NCBI RefSeq assembly: GCF_006345805.1
Contig: NC_043012.1
Span: 29,884,001-29,948,000, forward strand
Direction: 5' to 3'
From: Octopus sinensis
Taxonomy: Eukaryota
DNA: 64,000 nt
In this document: piece after piece, positions 26,482-40,416 of the stretch
Position numbering within the stretch: the stretch's first letter is position 1
Layout of the letters: each line of letters opens with the position of its first letter
Position numbers and translations under genes: made by a program
Notes under the pieces: generated by a model
The model's input: only the letters and a program-made list of their open reading frames with translations
Databases searched by the model: none
What the model was told of the DNA's origin: nothing

Positions 26482-27979
26482 ATTATAGAACCATACAGAT
26501 GGCTTACTTTTGTCCATATGAAATACCTGTATGGTTTAACAAAACAGAACAATATAAATATACAGAGCATTACACCAGATATTAGAAAACAAGGCTTTGC
26601 CAATTAAACAGTAAATAGAGGTAAAATGGCAGAGATGCTAAAGTGTAGATCTACAAACCATAGAGTCACAGGTTCAAACCTCACTACTATGGTTACCAAT
26701 TTTTTTTTCTTTTTACTTTTGGACAAAGCATAGTTTTACTTGCCTCAGTTTGTGAGGTTGATGAATAACAAGTTCACTGCCTTTTTTCTTTTTATTACAG
26801 TTTGGTGATTGGAAGATCATCCAGTCATAAAATAACAATTTATCCAGTAATTATGCAAACAACTAACCAATGATACCTGGTTTCTCACAGGGCAAATTTT
26901 TAAGGAAACTATTTCGAGAAGGCCATTACGCACATGTGCAACAGCAATCATGATTGCAACTTGAACCCATGTCATGCTAAGGCAACTATTACTGAATAAA
27001 GAATATTAACAGAAACTTTACAGAAAAAAAAATGGCAAGAAACGGAGCAAGAGAGAAAGAGATTGAAGATGGAAGAAAGATTAAGTAGTCACTGATTTCC
27101 TTTCATTAGTGTAATTACAATTCACTTTCATGCTAATTACAAACATATAAACTTAATACACCTTCAACATCCTACCGAATAGACAGCCTCTGTGTAGTCA
27201 CAATTCTTGCTAGAAACAGAAGCTGAATTTGTCTCAAATCACACCCAACCATTGACATTATATAATGCAGCCCGAGGTAGACTTTGCTTAGGGTTAAAAA
27301 AGAGGATGGATTGGTCAGGACATGAACCTTAATCATCACTGCTATGGTGTGTGGAAACCTCACATAGAAGTATTTCTTAGGCACCACATAAGAAATATGA
27401 GAAAAGAGGAGTTTCTTACTGCCAGAAGACAGCAACTAGAGTTGAAGCAAAGTGAAATCAAAATCAAATCAAATTCGATGACTGGCACCTGTGCCAGTGG
27501 AACGCTAAGAGCACCATCCGAGCTTGATCACTGCCAGAGCAACTGACTGGCTTCCGTACTGGTGGCACATAAAAAGTACCATTCAAGTGTGATTGTTACC
27601 AGCATTGCTGGTGGTGCATGAAAAACATTCAAGCGAGGTTGTTGCTTGTGCCGCTAGATTGGTTCCTGTGCTGGTGGCACATAAAAAACACCACTTGAGC
27701 GTGGCCGTTGCCAGTACCACCTGACTGGCCCTCATGCCAGTGGCACATAAAAAGCACCCACTACACTCTCGGAGTGGTTGGCGTTAGGAAGGGCATCCAG
27801 CTGCCAGATTGGAGCCTGGTGCAGCTATCTGGTTCACCAGTCCTCAGTCAAATCATCCAACCCATGCTGGCATGGAAAGTGGACATTAAATGATGATGAT
27901 GATGTGTGTGTGTGTGTTGTTAACTGTCAGTATTAAAAGAGTACTCATTACCATGCTGGAGATTAATAATATAATTCCG

Positions 27980-28123
27980 TTTGGTCAGGTTGGTCTCTGA
28001 CCAGTCTGAGTTTCACCTGTAGGTACACAGGATCTTCAGGCAAGTTATGACTCATAATTTAAATGAAGACTCTGTGCATTCATTAGGTGAAACTCAGAGT
28101 AGCCAGAGACTGACTTGGCCAAA
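27980..28123. ncRNA. Degenerate head-to-head palindrome, each arm with a hammerhead-like motif (family B)
   Basis: - arm CTGAAGA-T-CCTGT(gtacct)ACAGG-T-GAAA-CTCAGA; + arm ATGAAGA...GAAA-CTCAGAGT-A-GCCAG. Confidence 0.55.
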
Positions 28124-28174
28124 ATAAAATATCTCTCTGTCAATCAGACTATCAGACCTCACTAGTCACAATGC

Positions 28175-28410
28175 ACTTCCAGTTATCTTGATCGCATCAC
28201 TCTTTTCCCTTTTGTTCCAAATTGTTTAACTAAATCGTCTTCCCAACATTGTGGAGGCCTTCCAAGTGGCTTTTCCCAACCTCTTGGAACTGCATGGGTT
28301 TACCTGTTGTCTGTGAACCTTATGGCATGCCCAACCCAGCAGAACTTGTGCTTTCAGTATTCTGCGATCAAATCATTCACTCCACTCCATTCTCAGATTA
28401 TCTCATTTCG
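28175..28410 (-). mobile_element. RTE-clade LINE 3' fragment
   Basis: Degenerate translation ...DLIAEY.KHKFCWVGHAIRFTDNR...KPLGRPPQCWEDDLVKQF, typical of the RTE C-terminus. Confidence 0.6.
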
Positions 28411-30809
28411 AATGTGTGTGTGTGTGCTTGTGCGTTTACACACACACACCAGCAAGTGTATGTTTGTTTGTTTATTGATACATTAGTTGAAGATCGTAAG
28501 AATTCAAAAACTTTCAGAGACATAAATTGTTTTTAACAGTGGAACTCCAAGAAGATAAAACTCTAAATAATAGCATTAGGGTGGTTAACTGATAAATATA
28601 AACAAACATTTACTAATGAAAGATTCAATACTGGAAGAAAAAAAAAAGAGTGAAATTTATTATATAATGATGTTGACTATAACTTCAAATTTCATCTCTC
28701 AAGGCTGAATGAACTGGTTTAAATAACAGCATGGATGAATGCAGTCCTAGGATTACCTTGGAGAGTAGTCCTTTCCCATCATGGATCTACAGAGCAGCCA
28801 TGAACTCAACAACTACAAGCTAAAGAAACACTCATGAATTTTACAGTGCTCCTACCAAAAGCATTGGAGAGCGAGCAGTGCCTACTTGTTACAGCTAGAG
28901 GGGCTGGGCCATTGAGAATGAGCCATTCTGCAGACTTACATGCAGTGGAACCGGTGTATGAACCCTTGACTGCTTAGCAAGCTCATTTGTTCCTTACTCT
29001 CTCAGAAACATCTACAGTTCTTATCCAGGATGGTCACCAAATACAAAGTCACACATCATTCCAAACTATATCAAAAGAAAGACCCCCATCCCCCATGTTT
29101 CATAGAGAAGACAGTTGCCAACACTGAAGCTGTGTCCCCTCACTCTCTCCCTAACCCTTCTTCCTTAACAGCTTCGGGTCTTTGCAACCCACTTATTACA
29201 TCTACTCTCCCTACTTCCCATGGTGATGCATTGAGCCCAATGTTGTGACATGTGCTTCACCTACTCCACCCACTTCTCACAGTGACTCACCATCTTGACC
29301 CCTTCCTTAACACTTCACATAATCCTTTTTTTCCCTAGAACCATATCACAAACTTTCCAATTCATATTTTATCCTTGAACCAATTTTGCTATAAAAAAAA
29401 AAAAATCTCAAATTCTGGCTGGAGGCAATTCAATTGCTGAAGAATTCCTGGGGAAGACCTGAACATAACAGCTAACACTTTTCTCTTCCTAAAAAAATCA
29501 CAGAACTAAACATCTCTTTTTTTTTTAAATTTAAAATAAAATTAGAAAAAATTTCTTTAAGTTTTCTTCAGACAATTAGGTTCAATGGTTTTGTAAACTT
29601 TTGGATTAAATTCTTTGGAGAATATTCCAGTTCTATGAGTAACTACTGACAACATTTTTTCACTACATAACAGGAATTCCATTTTTTTACACGATACATC
29701 GGAAGTTGATCAATTGTTAGATTTAAGTTAAAAAAAAAAAAGCAGGGGTGGAATTACGAATTGTCCAAATGTTGACATGCAAGAATAGGTGTCATGGTTG
29801 ACCGATTAGTAGTTGTTGAAACCTAATCAAAGTCAGACATTTCTGGAGAACAGTTTTTTCAAACATTTCAGCAAATATAGACAGACAGAAACCTGCCTTC
29901 GTTGGGAGACAGACAGATTGACGAAGCAGTCTTTTGTGGTAATGATGTGGAAATAAAGCATGTGAAAATGATGATGTTAATGATGACAATGATGATGCTG
30001 ATAGTGATGGTGATAACACTCATTTAGCTGCGTGACATTGTTGTATAACTTGGTAACCTGATGTAGACAGACAGAAAGAAAGAGATAGAGGTGGGGAGGG
30101 GGAGGGAGGGGGAGGAAGGAGGAGGAAGGGAGAGAAACGGTTCCAAATAAAAAGGGTGCAACATTTTGCAACACAAAGAGGAGCAGCAGCTCAGGTTTGG
30201 TTTGAAATGTCAGTTTTAATATACTGATTATTGTTTATTACACAAAGACATCCTCAGCCTCTTCCGCTGAGTCTAATATTTGGTAATCATACATACATAC
30301 ATACATATATATGTATGTATATATGTATATGTATGTATGTCGCTTCTTCAGAAGAATTCAGTCTGTAGTTTGTAGAGATGCTGTTTTGGTTTCATCAAGA
30401 TTTCTCGTGTCCCTCCTCTCTTAAGTCTGTGTTTAATCCATGACCGAAGTCACACAAGAATCTGAGATTTGGAAGAAAGGGAGGAAGCATGAGGGGGAGG
30501 CACAAACATTTTTTTCTTTTTAAATCAAGGTCTATAAAGAAACAACCAAAGAATATTATACCTTTTCATTAGAATTCATTAGAAAAGGAATGTAAAAAGG
30601 AAATATAGTCTTAAATGAATACGATCCTCATTAAGGGACAGAAATAAAACAAAAAAAAAAGGTGGTAGGGCATTCCTCTTTCTTTGGTTTTAGCTAAAGT
30701 TCTCTAGCAGCGCCATCTTGTCTATTGTACAATGTTCATTTAGATTTGTTCAGTCTGCCAATTCTTAATCTGCCTTCTCTGTCTTTTATTCAACAGACAA
30801 GCATCCATC

Positions 30810-30852
<43 letters not shown>

Positions 30853-30873
30853 GCTTTCTTGATCAGTTTATAT

Positions 30874-31119
30874 TCAGGAATTCTGTGAGCTACCTCTTTT
30901 GAAAATGTTCAGACTCTTAAAGAATGCTCTCAACCGACGAATACGGTTCCGTTTACGATTCTGTTTCTCCATAGCAGCAAGAGCTTCTCTTTCTTTATGT
31001 CGGATCTCTCTCACTAAACTGTGGAAAACATCATCAACACACTGTCGAAGAATGGCAGACGTTTCGTAGAATGGACAACCAAATTGAACTGCTAAAGCAG
31101 AACCTTCATCTGATGAAAC
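30874..31119 (-). CDS. RIT: Rit/Ric GTPase last coding exon
   Basis: gttgcag|; [22 protein letters not shown]...polybasic tail [30 protein letters not shown] with no CaaX box, as expected for Rit/Rin/Ric. Confidence 0.95.
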   Translation of the reverse strand, partial: VSSDEGSALAVQFGCPFYETSAILRQCVDDVFHSLVREIRHKEREALAAMEKQNRKRNRIRRLRAFFKSLNIFKRGSSQNS

Positions 31120-31404
31120 CTGCAACAGAATCGAACAAAGAATTCATGAAAGGAATTAAACTATCCAAACAAGAAATACACAAAAAGAATTTTTTTTAAA
31201 TATCCAACATATTTCTTTATCTTTTACTAGTTTCAGTCGGACCGTGGCCATGCTGGGGCATGACCTTGAAAGGGTTAGTCAACCTAATTGACCCCAGTTC
31301 TTATTTTTAAGTCCAGGACATATTCTATTGTTCTTTTTTGCTGAACTCCTATGGGGACATAAACAAACCAACACCAGTTGTCAAGCACTAGGAGAAACAC
31401 AAAG

Positions 31405-31439
<35 letters not shown>

Positions 31440-31462
31440 GAGAGAAATAGAGCAAGAGGGAA

Positions 31463-31538
<76 letters not shown>

Positions 31539-31638
31539 CACAAGAGGGAATGACAATGAGAAATAGACAGACAAGAATGAACAGAGAGAGGTGATATATT
31601 AGTGGAGAGAAAGTGAAGAGGAAGAAATGTCACCAAAC

Positions 31639-31830
31639 CTTTCTCATCTCTTCCAAGTCACACTTGTTGCCGACCATTACAATAGGAATATCTTCACGAT
31701 TTCGAACCCGGTCAATCAATTTCTTGTAGGTGATGGCTTCTTCAAAACTTCTTCGGTCAGTAATGGAATAGCAGATGATGAAACCTTCACCTTTCCTCAT
31801 GTACTGCTCACGCATGGCTGTGAATTCAGG
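31639..31830 (-). CDS. RIT: Rit/Ric GTPase exon 4
   Basis: ttgcag|...|gtttgg; [29 protein letters not shown]...[12 protein letters not shown] (G4 NKxD). Confidence 0.95.
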
Positions 31831-32324
31831 CTGCAATGGAGATTACGACCATTGTATCTTGATTCAATGTTTCTTGTGATTGCTGTCAGATATATTGGGG
31901 TTGTTGATGTTATTGATGACAATGATGATGATGATGTGGTGATGGTGCTGGTGGTGGTGCAGTTGTTGGTGTTGTCATCATTGTTGGGATGTGACATTGG
32001 TGGTGGCCATGTCAGTGATTGCCCCAATGTGCCATTGGCAGAGGTTGTGATCTGTGACAGTAGTCATGTTGAGGTGGGGGGGGGGGGCGTGTCATCAGCA
32101 GGGATGTGGATGGCTGTTGTGAACGTGGCATTTGGTACCAGGTCAATTCAGACCCAATAGGCCTGTGATCAAAGACATTCCACACATGACTAACCCATCT
32201 TTCTAGGGGATTACATTAAATCATGTGCTCCCTTTTTTTAAAACAGTGTGGTTTGTTTTAAAAGAAATTTGGCTGCTATTTCCAGTAAATCAATTGACCA
32301 TACAAAGACATTGGTTGAATCATA

Positions 32325-32390
<66 letters not shown>

Positions 32391-32580
32391 TGTATGTGTG
32401 TGCGAATGTGCATGTGCGAGTGTGCGTGTGTGTGTGTGTGTGTGTACACAATCCAGCACAGTTTGTGTGTTTGTATATTTACGAAAATGTGTGACAGTCA
32501 TAAAATATCTAAGGTATACCCATCCTACCCAAACATTCTACCACTCCATCTTTTCACCCCATTGTCCATAAGTCACCTAC

Positions 32581-32654
32581 CTGTCCAGCAGTGTCCAGAA
32601 TGTCCAGCTGAGCCGGCTCACCATCAATGCGAGCTTGTTGTTGGTAGGCATCCT
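32581..32654 (-). CDS. RIT: Rit/Ric GTPase exon 3
   Basis: cttacag|...|gtaggt; EDAYQQQARIDGEPAQLDILDTAGQ (G3 DTAGQ). Confidence 0.95.
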
Positions 32655-34099
32655 CTGTAAGTGAGAAAGAATGGAAGTTGGTCAGAACTCATGGTTATGA
32701 TAAGTCAACAGCAAAGAGAAATCATAGCTAAGACGGATCAACAAAAACAAATCATAGCTATGATAGTTCAGAGAAAATAATATTTAAGACTAGTGAAAAT
32801 AAGTCATAACTATGATGAGTCAGTTACAATTTATTAATTAAACAGTAAAGATATGTCATATGATGAATGACTGGTGGCAGATCACAGTTATGATGAGTTG
32901 ATTTTCAATCATAGATATTACAAGTCAATGATTGTAATTACTGATAGTGATTTTTTTAAATTGTTAACTCATATGAAACAAATTATTAAAAAAAACTGTC
33001 ACCTCACTGGAAACTTGGTCTTAGAATCTACTCGTGCCATATTTCTAACAAATATACTTAACTCTCTCCAAAACATCTTTAATTGTAATTTCAAAGTAAT
33101 TCAAACAGGAAACACGAGGAAAATTTTGTGAAGTGTCACCAAGATCTAGCAGTCAAGGAATCCAAGGAATAATATTAACCGTTGTGTTGCCATATTTCTG
33201 TTGAAATCCTTTGTTTCAATTAATTTTGAAAATAAAATAACTTTGTCATCGTTAAAATATTTGGAACATAGATTGCTATGAAGTCTTGAAGGAAAGCTTT
33301 CATTTAAATCACTTTAACCGAGGAAGTTCGTTTCATAGGACCAAGGGGGCGGAGCTCATATGGACATTGAAAGGGTTAATAGAAATTGTCATGATAAATG
33401 GGATCACAATCTTAACAGTAGTGATTGGAATAATCAATAAGTTTAGAAGAGATTGATCCTAAACCATCATCATCACCCATCTACAATGCTGGAATGGGTC
33501 GAACAGTTTGGCAGGATCCAATGAACCAGAGAACTGCATCGTCTGCTTTGGATCGTTTCCCTTCCTAAGCAGAACCATTTTACAGAATGTACTGGATGGT
33601 TTGTTTGTTATTTCTTTGTTTTTTGTTGTTGTTTTTTTATATCTTTAAGTGGCACCAGCAGTAAATCTCTACAGTTTTAATCTGGTCAAATCTTCCTTTA
33701 TTGATGTGCTGACAGAACATAAATGATTTTTTTTTAAGAAAAGAACCCCCCCCATATAACCCAGGCCTTGTGAGTGAAATTGCATAGAAGCTTATAATGC
33801 ACACAATTCATAGCTCAGCCTCATACCACTCCATGTCTCATCAGGCATCTTTGGTCAACCTCCCTTTATTGTAAAGGTATTTCAATCAGGTCATTGGTCT
33901 AAAGAATTCTTTGATATCTTAATAAACTATTTCCTTTTAATTCTACCTGGGTGTTGTGGTTTCTTCTGGTTGTTACACCCTTCCCATCACACAAAGCTGC
34001 TGCCTTGCCTTCTCCACTTCAGATGACATGTGTTTATTGCTTCTGGCCATGTGGCAGCAACAGCAGCATTGCTCATCAACAGGAAACATATATGATTGT

Positions 34100-34385
34100 T
34101 CAATCTGGCAGCAGCATCTCAAAATTTCAATATTCTTTGGGCTGTCCACTGTCATTCTTCAATGGAGAGGGAACATGAGAGAGTTTGATGCTTGGCTGTT
34201 TGTGTCCGGAGGTCTGGTTCCAGATCCCTCTTCAGTGTGTCTTTGAAGTGGAGCTTTTGTTGTCTTGTCTGTAGGTTTAGTTCCTTCTCTCTGAACATTA
34301 GAGTAAGATCTACAGCTGCAAGGCATCCTTGCAAGATGTCCAGCTCATTGGAGGCAGGTGATGGTGAGTTTGAGCAAGGCTGAGA
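34100..34385 (-). mobile_element. RTE-clade LINE 3' fragment in Rit intron 2
   Basis: QQKLHFKDTLKRDL resembles the RTE GRPKLRYKD..KRDL motif. Confidence 0.55.
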
Positions 34386-34466
34386 TCTGATAAAAATAAT
34401 AAAAAGATACAAAAAAAAAGAACAAAAGAAAAAAGAGTAAAAAGGAGAACAACAGTGAATACTCAC

Positions 34467-34523
34467 CTATTGTAGGGTCATGGTATTCTAAAAATCTGTG
34501 GCAAACAAACTGGATGACAAGGG
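34467..34523 (-). CDS. RIT: Rit/Ric Ras-family GTPase, coding exon 2
   Basis: tttccag|...|gtgagt on -; (A)LVIQFVCHRFLEYHDPTI with the Rit-specific HDPTIED effector loop. Confidence 0.93.
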
Positions 34524-34998
34524 CTGGAAATAGAGAGAGAGAATAATGAAGGTTAGTCATGGAAAAATATTTAGAGAGAAAGAGACATTTGGGTAACACA
34601 AACTTAGATAACATTAGCCCATTGCATGGGACTTGATATTGACCCCAGGATGATGTAAAATAAAATTAATCTCCAGTAGGATTTGAACTCCAGATGTAAA
34701 GAGACGTAACCAAATATCACAACACTAGTTGGCTTGATGCTCTACTGATTCTACCATTTATACAAAATGAAAGCCACAAATTCATAGTAAGCCATGAGAT
34801 TGTGTGACATTCATGCCTTACTAAAGAGAATGTTGATGATGATAATAATAATGAAAGGGTTAGGGTAAAGAGAGTGAAACTGGGTGATTGGGTGGTGGTT
34901 GTTAATCTCAGGTCAGGATTGACCAAACAAACCCATTGTCAAATGTCTTCCACCCATGACCACTCCAACTTCTCCTTTTCAGACTTGTCCCTCCTCAT

Positions 34999-35214
34999 TT
35001 AACCCTTTGGCATCCAGGTCACTGTCAAATGTGACCTGTTTTTATTCACATTCCTTTCAAATTAATCAGACATTATCTCATAGCTTTAAGATTTTGGTTT
35101 ATTTTTAGAATGACTTTGCAGGATTGGTGTGAGAAGTCAGATCTGGTTGGTTTGAACATAAAACAAGTGGAATGTTTGGGCCTGATGTGGCCAGTTTAAA
35201 TGTTGAAGGGTTAA
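34999..35214. mobile_element. piggyBac-like (TTAA) MITE
   Basis: TTAAccctttggca...tgttgaagggTTAA; body homologous to 2669-2896. Confidence 0.7.
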
Positions 35215-38200
35215 GCCAACAAGATGCAATTTGTATGAGGTTTGGTTAGTATATCTAGCAGGTTGACAGGCCTATAAGGGCTCCCTTCTCCAGACCCCCA
35301 CCCCGCCTCATGTGTGTGGTGGTGGTTGTGGTGACAGACTTTCCTTGCAAAGGCCACACTTTCTGGTCTTTAAAATTTAACCTTTTAGTCATTGCAACAC
35401 ATCACACCTCCCTCCCCCACCACTTAACCATCCCAAACCATTGGGCCTTTCCATAAAGGGCTTAATTAAAGTCGTTAGAGATAAAGATCTTTCCACAGTT
35501 TAACCGACAGTTTGACATACACACACACATACCCTGTCTCTCTCTCTATCAGAAACCACACCACACCACCTACACAAATAGCATGTATATACACACATAC
35601 ATACACAAACTACCAGCCTATGTATGTATATAGATACAAGCAAATACACATGGCTATGCTACTACATCAGACCACTTCAATGAATGGCCACCCTCGTATA
35701 GAGAGAGAAGCCATAATACAACACACACACAGCAAACACATGCACACCCCTCTACTACAACACATTACAGAAACATCATCTCTTCCTGTCCCTCACAGTT
35801 ATGCACTTAGGCCCTCCTCCTCTTTACTCCTCCTCTCCCACTGTTCTACCTTCATACTTCCAAAGATTTAACCTCATTAGTTCATAGTCAGTCATAAACC
35901 ACCAACACCACAGCCACCAACATCCACCTGTCTCATCCCATTAGCTCCTTGCCCTTCTCCTTTCTCCAGTCATAAGTAGCACTAATAGAATGACCACTTT
36001 GAAGAAAATATGCAACACACTCACTCATGCACACACATCCACCCTTTTCATACAACATTTTACATACATACACACATACGTACACAGAAGAGCAAACAAC
36101 TGCAATATGAATAGCCGTGTGGGTCAGAGGTATTTGACCAGTCACCTATGTAGGTAGCAGAGGAGTGGCTAACAACAGCTGCAACACAATACAACATCAC
36201 CAGTGGCTGGTCAGTAAGGAAGTCAATAGAAGCTATATATCATCATCATCGTCGTGATCATCATCGTTTGATGTCCATTTTCTATGCTGTCATGGGTTGG
36301 ATGGTTTGATAGGAACCAACAAACCAATGAACTGCACCAATCCCTAATGTCAGCTTTGGCATGGTTTCCCTTTGGCTAGATGCCCTTCCTAACACCAACC
36401 ACTTCACAGAGTAGTGAACTTGATGCTTTTCTATGGCAATGGCACTAGTGGAATCACTGAGTAACATGCAAGAGAACAGCTTCAACTTAGGTGGAGGGGG
36501 GAGTTGTATTGAGGGGGCGGTGGCTTTATGCCAAGTGTTGAGAAAGTATGGTAGAGGGACAGGAACAGGGGGTCTTGCTGAAATGGAAATACATGTCCCA
36601 CCCCACCCACATATAGATGCTAAAGAAGGGATGGTCATGGCTAGTAGATCTACAGGATCAGGGTTGACCTGGGGCTAAAACAACAACACCAACATCTGTA
36701 GTACAGAAACACAGTGGTGAGCTGGCTGGTACATGCTCCCTCCCTTAGCAACATACTCCAACCTCCATCCCACAAACATGCTGTATCCTCTCACTTCCCA
36801 TTTTTATTACTACTACAGTGGCCTCTGTTCTTCACAACTGGCTAGTCTTGTACTTCCACCCTCAGACACATCCGATTTATTCATTTTTTCCTCCCCTTGA
36901 CACCCTTATTTTGTACACACCCTCAGACCTTGCACTGATCCCTATACCTAGTTCTTCTTCCTCGGGGCTTCACCCCTCAGAACCTCACCGTCTGCACATT
37001 TTTTCTGGGGTCATTAACTGCTCAAGAGAAATGTTAACTGCATTGATCTCCCTGCCTTACCTCACTGGACATGGACTAGTCCACATCTGTTCACACACAC
37101 AGGTATGGCTACTTCTCAACCACATAGGTTTGGGTTCAATTCCACAGTGTGGAATTTTGGAGATGACTATTACAACCCTGGGTTAACCAAAGCGTTGTGA
37201 ATAGATTTGGTAGACAGAAACTGAATGAAGCCATGTGTGTGTATAGACAGATGTGTACCTTGTCTTAACATCATTTGATGGTTGTAAACAAGCACTACTG
37301 TCATACAAGTGAGGTTGTTCATTTCTAGTCTTCTATAAAAATCATCTTTGGTCATGAGAAAATATTACCTTAGTTAGAAACCCTTTAGGGTTGGTGACAG
37401 GAAGCACACCCGGCTGTAGAAAACCTGCCCCAGTGAATTCTACCCGATACATGCAAGCATGGAAAACAGACATTAAAACGATATACCATCATCCTTTAAC
37501 GTCTATTTTCCATGCTGGGATGGGTTGGACATATCTATATTACACACAAGATACACTTTTGAACAATTTCTTTTAATGAATAGTAGAAAACACTTCCTTA
37601 AGATGCCATGCTGTCAATCGGCTGGAGTTCATACACTTTGATGTGTGAACACACACATACATAAACATCCATACACACATGCAAGCAATAAAGAATTCAT
37701 GTCCACTTCACCTCATTCAGTTAATCACTGCATGTCAGGGTGTGTAGCTATGGTGACCAGTCAGGTAGAAACTTGGTGTGTCAAGAACTGTTGGGTCAAA
37801 ATTGCTCAACGACTACAACAAACACGACAACAATACCAAAAACATTTTGGGTGTATTTAGTTGTTTAACTCCAGGTTCAGACTTGATTAAAGAAAAACAT
37901 AAGATTTAAGATAATCCACTGATAACCATTTCATCCTTTTCAAGGGTTATCTAGGACTACATTATCTAATGTTTAAGACAGTAGAGTTTGATTTGAGAGG
38001 GATTCAGCTGCCATGTTTAGCAAGTTGAGTGACTTGTAGAAGCAGGCTCCCTTGTTAGCTGAGTATTCAACTGTGATGATGCTGTATAGACAGATGCTCT
38101 CCCCTGGATGGGTTTTCCTGGAGCTACTGCTGTTACTGTTGCTGCTACTGCTGTTCCACTCACATGCATTCATATTTATATATGCAGAGTATATGTGCAT

Positions 38201-38228
38201 GTATGGAAAGTGACATACATTAATTATA

Positions 38229-39124
38229 CAAAGTGTTTGAGCTAAATTTAATGAATTTTTAGTCTCCATTTTTTCAAGGACTGCTTGATGTTTTGGTGAA
38301 CAATCAACTGAGTTGGAGAGCATAAAGATTAAAGTTGTCGTCGAGAAAAAGTTAACTGACATGGAGGGCTGGAAGCCATCAGAATATTGGAAAAGAGTTA
38401 CCTGTATCATGATGAATCGCTCAGCATATGAAAATGCTGACATCATGACCACTGTTCAATGTTTTGTAAACAAACACTGTAAAGGCTGTAAAACGCTACA
38501 TGGACAGCTGCCATGGAAACCATGAAGCTGTGACCAGCAGAAGGAGACATGCCAGGTGTTCTGGCTGTGTCTGCACATCAAAATTCATCTCCATGTCTTT
38601 GAACTGGGCCTTTGGCTCAATTCAGACAGCTATGTAAAGTTGCTGGAGACTGGTCAAACCCTGGCTGGAGAGGGCTGCTGCTGGAAGGCCATGCGCATGG
38701 CAGCGGGATTTGGCCCCTTAGCATACCTTCGGAAAGAGCCAGAAATAGTTGTCAGAGGATTTCTATGACTTCACCCACCCTAATTCTCCCATTGTAATCC
38801 CATGGATTACTTTGTGTAGGGCATAGTTGAGAAAGACACCAACTGCTGTGTCTGCAACACTGAGTAAAAATCTGGTGGTTAAAGCTAAGATGGTGTTTGA
38901 AAGTCTTCCCAAAGACAAAGTGAGAAATGTATGCACCAGGTTCCAGAATGGTCTTGAGGCTGTAGTGGAAGCTGAGGATGAGTACCTTGAGTAAACTTTC
39001 ATTTCTCAATCATAATCTTGTTTTGATATTTTTTTTGTTTTTTTTAAATGCTTTTATTTTTGGATGAGGCATTGTATTTTGTTTCCCTTTTATGCAAACT
39101 GTCAAATTTAGCCCAAACACCCTG
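38229..39124 (+). mobile_element. Internally deleted Tc1/mariner (maT/DD37D-like) element
   Basis: TIRs CAAAGTGTTTGAGCTAAATTT / AAATTTAGCCCAAACACCCTG (18/21); remnants such as LNSDSYVKLLE..KPWLER..AGRP..WQ.D.AP.HTSGKSQ and CNPMDYFV*GIVEKD. Confidence 0.8.
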
Positions 39125-40369
39125 TGTATATACACACATACACTAATAATATACAATATATATGAAATGGGGGAAGTGGTAAGACAGTGAGGAATATACT
39201 GATATAGACACATACAGATGTTGACTGCAGCAGGAATTAAACTCAGAATGCAGATTTGGAACAAGTACTGCAAAGCATTGCATTGACTCTCCCAATGACT
39301 GCCGGTTCCTCATTTTTTGTTTGTTTTTTGATTTAAAAAAATAACACAAAGAATTTGCAAGATTGTGTTAAAAACATGTGAAGAGATTCACCAGATCTAT
39401 TTTTTTTCATTTGCAAAATATACATTTTTTTTAAAGGAAGTAAAAAAATCTGAAAATCAGCTATAATAATGTAGCCTTCCAGTCTCATTGCTTTGATGGT
39501 ATGATGTTGTGGAGAGAAAAAATTGGAGGAAAAAGTTACAGAGGTTTAAAAATTGGGAAAACGGTATTTTTAGCCAATAGCGAGACAGAAATTTTCTGCA
39601 TTTAGCGGAGCGGTATCAACATTAAGGTTGTACCCTGTGAAATTTATAGTTTAGCATCTGACCTGTTCATTGTGGGTTTCTAAATAAACAGAAATACCTA
39701 ATAAAATCAACATGTATCATCTTACTGTTTTGTCTCTTCATTGATTGTATATTAGTATTATTTTTTAAAATTTGTTATATTAATATATTTGTCTGCATGT
39801 GTTTAATTTATGCGTACTTCAGTGCTATGTATACCTGCCATGTATTTATGTACATCATTAATATATAAGTGCACAATTGAGTAATGTTTTCATGCTTGGA
39901 TTTGTAAACTAGGATAAGAATTTGTCCCAAGGAAAAGAATACCTATATCATATGTTTTTGCATGCAGAATTCAAAAATAATGTCAAATTATCTGTATCAC
40001 CCACAGTTTCACAGTTTCTCTGTCCCATGATATCCCTCTCAGTTCCTTGGTACGTGTGCTAAATTTCAGTCGAGCTGTTGAAATGTAAAGCTTATGGTTT
40101 AAGAAATACTCCTAATTTAAATTTTTATGAACAGAATTAACCCAGTGAAAGCATAAATCCAGCTGAGTCAATGAGTCCCAAAAATATATGAAATGAAAAA
40201 TATGTAAAAATGCTAAAACACAGAAGCACAGAAAGATATGTAATATACAAACACACAGAAAAATTAAAATAAAACACGTGGGTGAAAAAAATCTCGTGGC
40301 GTGAAGAATCAAGTGTGAAAAATCAACATAGAGCGGCACAGACAACAGTGAACCATAACACAACGTGCA

Positions 40370-40416
40370 GTTGTCATGGTAACAAGCTGCTAATGCCACA
40401 CTGTCTGTTGATTGGC
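40370..40416. promoter_or_regulatory. RFX X-box plus inverted CCAAT (NF-Y) box
   Basis: GTTGTCATGGTAAC at 40370-40383 and TTGATTGGCT at 40408-40417. Confidence 0.45.

Noticed and set aside
30708-30722. CAGCGCCATCT CTCF/YY1-like site
   Set aside because: Partial match only; expected by chance
31627-32160. 177-aa + strand ORF
   Set aside because: Antisense shadow of Rit exon 4 plus a GAT/GTT low-complexity intron
34152-34386. Possible Rit poison exon (strong acceptor 80 nt after the exon 2 donor; in-frame stop after 26 codons)
   Set aside because: The sequence is an RTE remnant, no donor was identified and there is no transcript evidence; kept as a TE fragment
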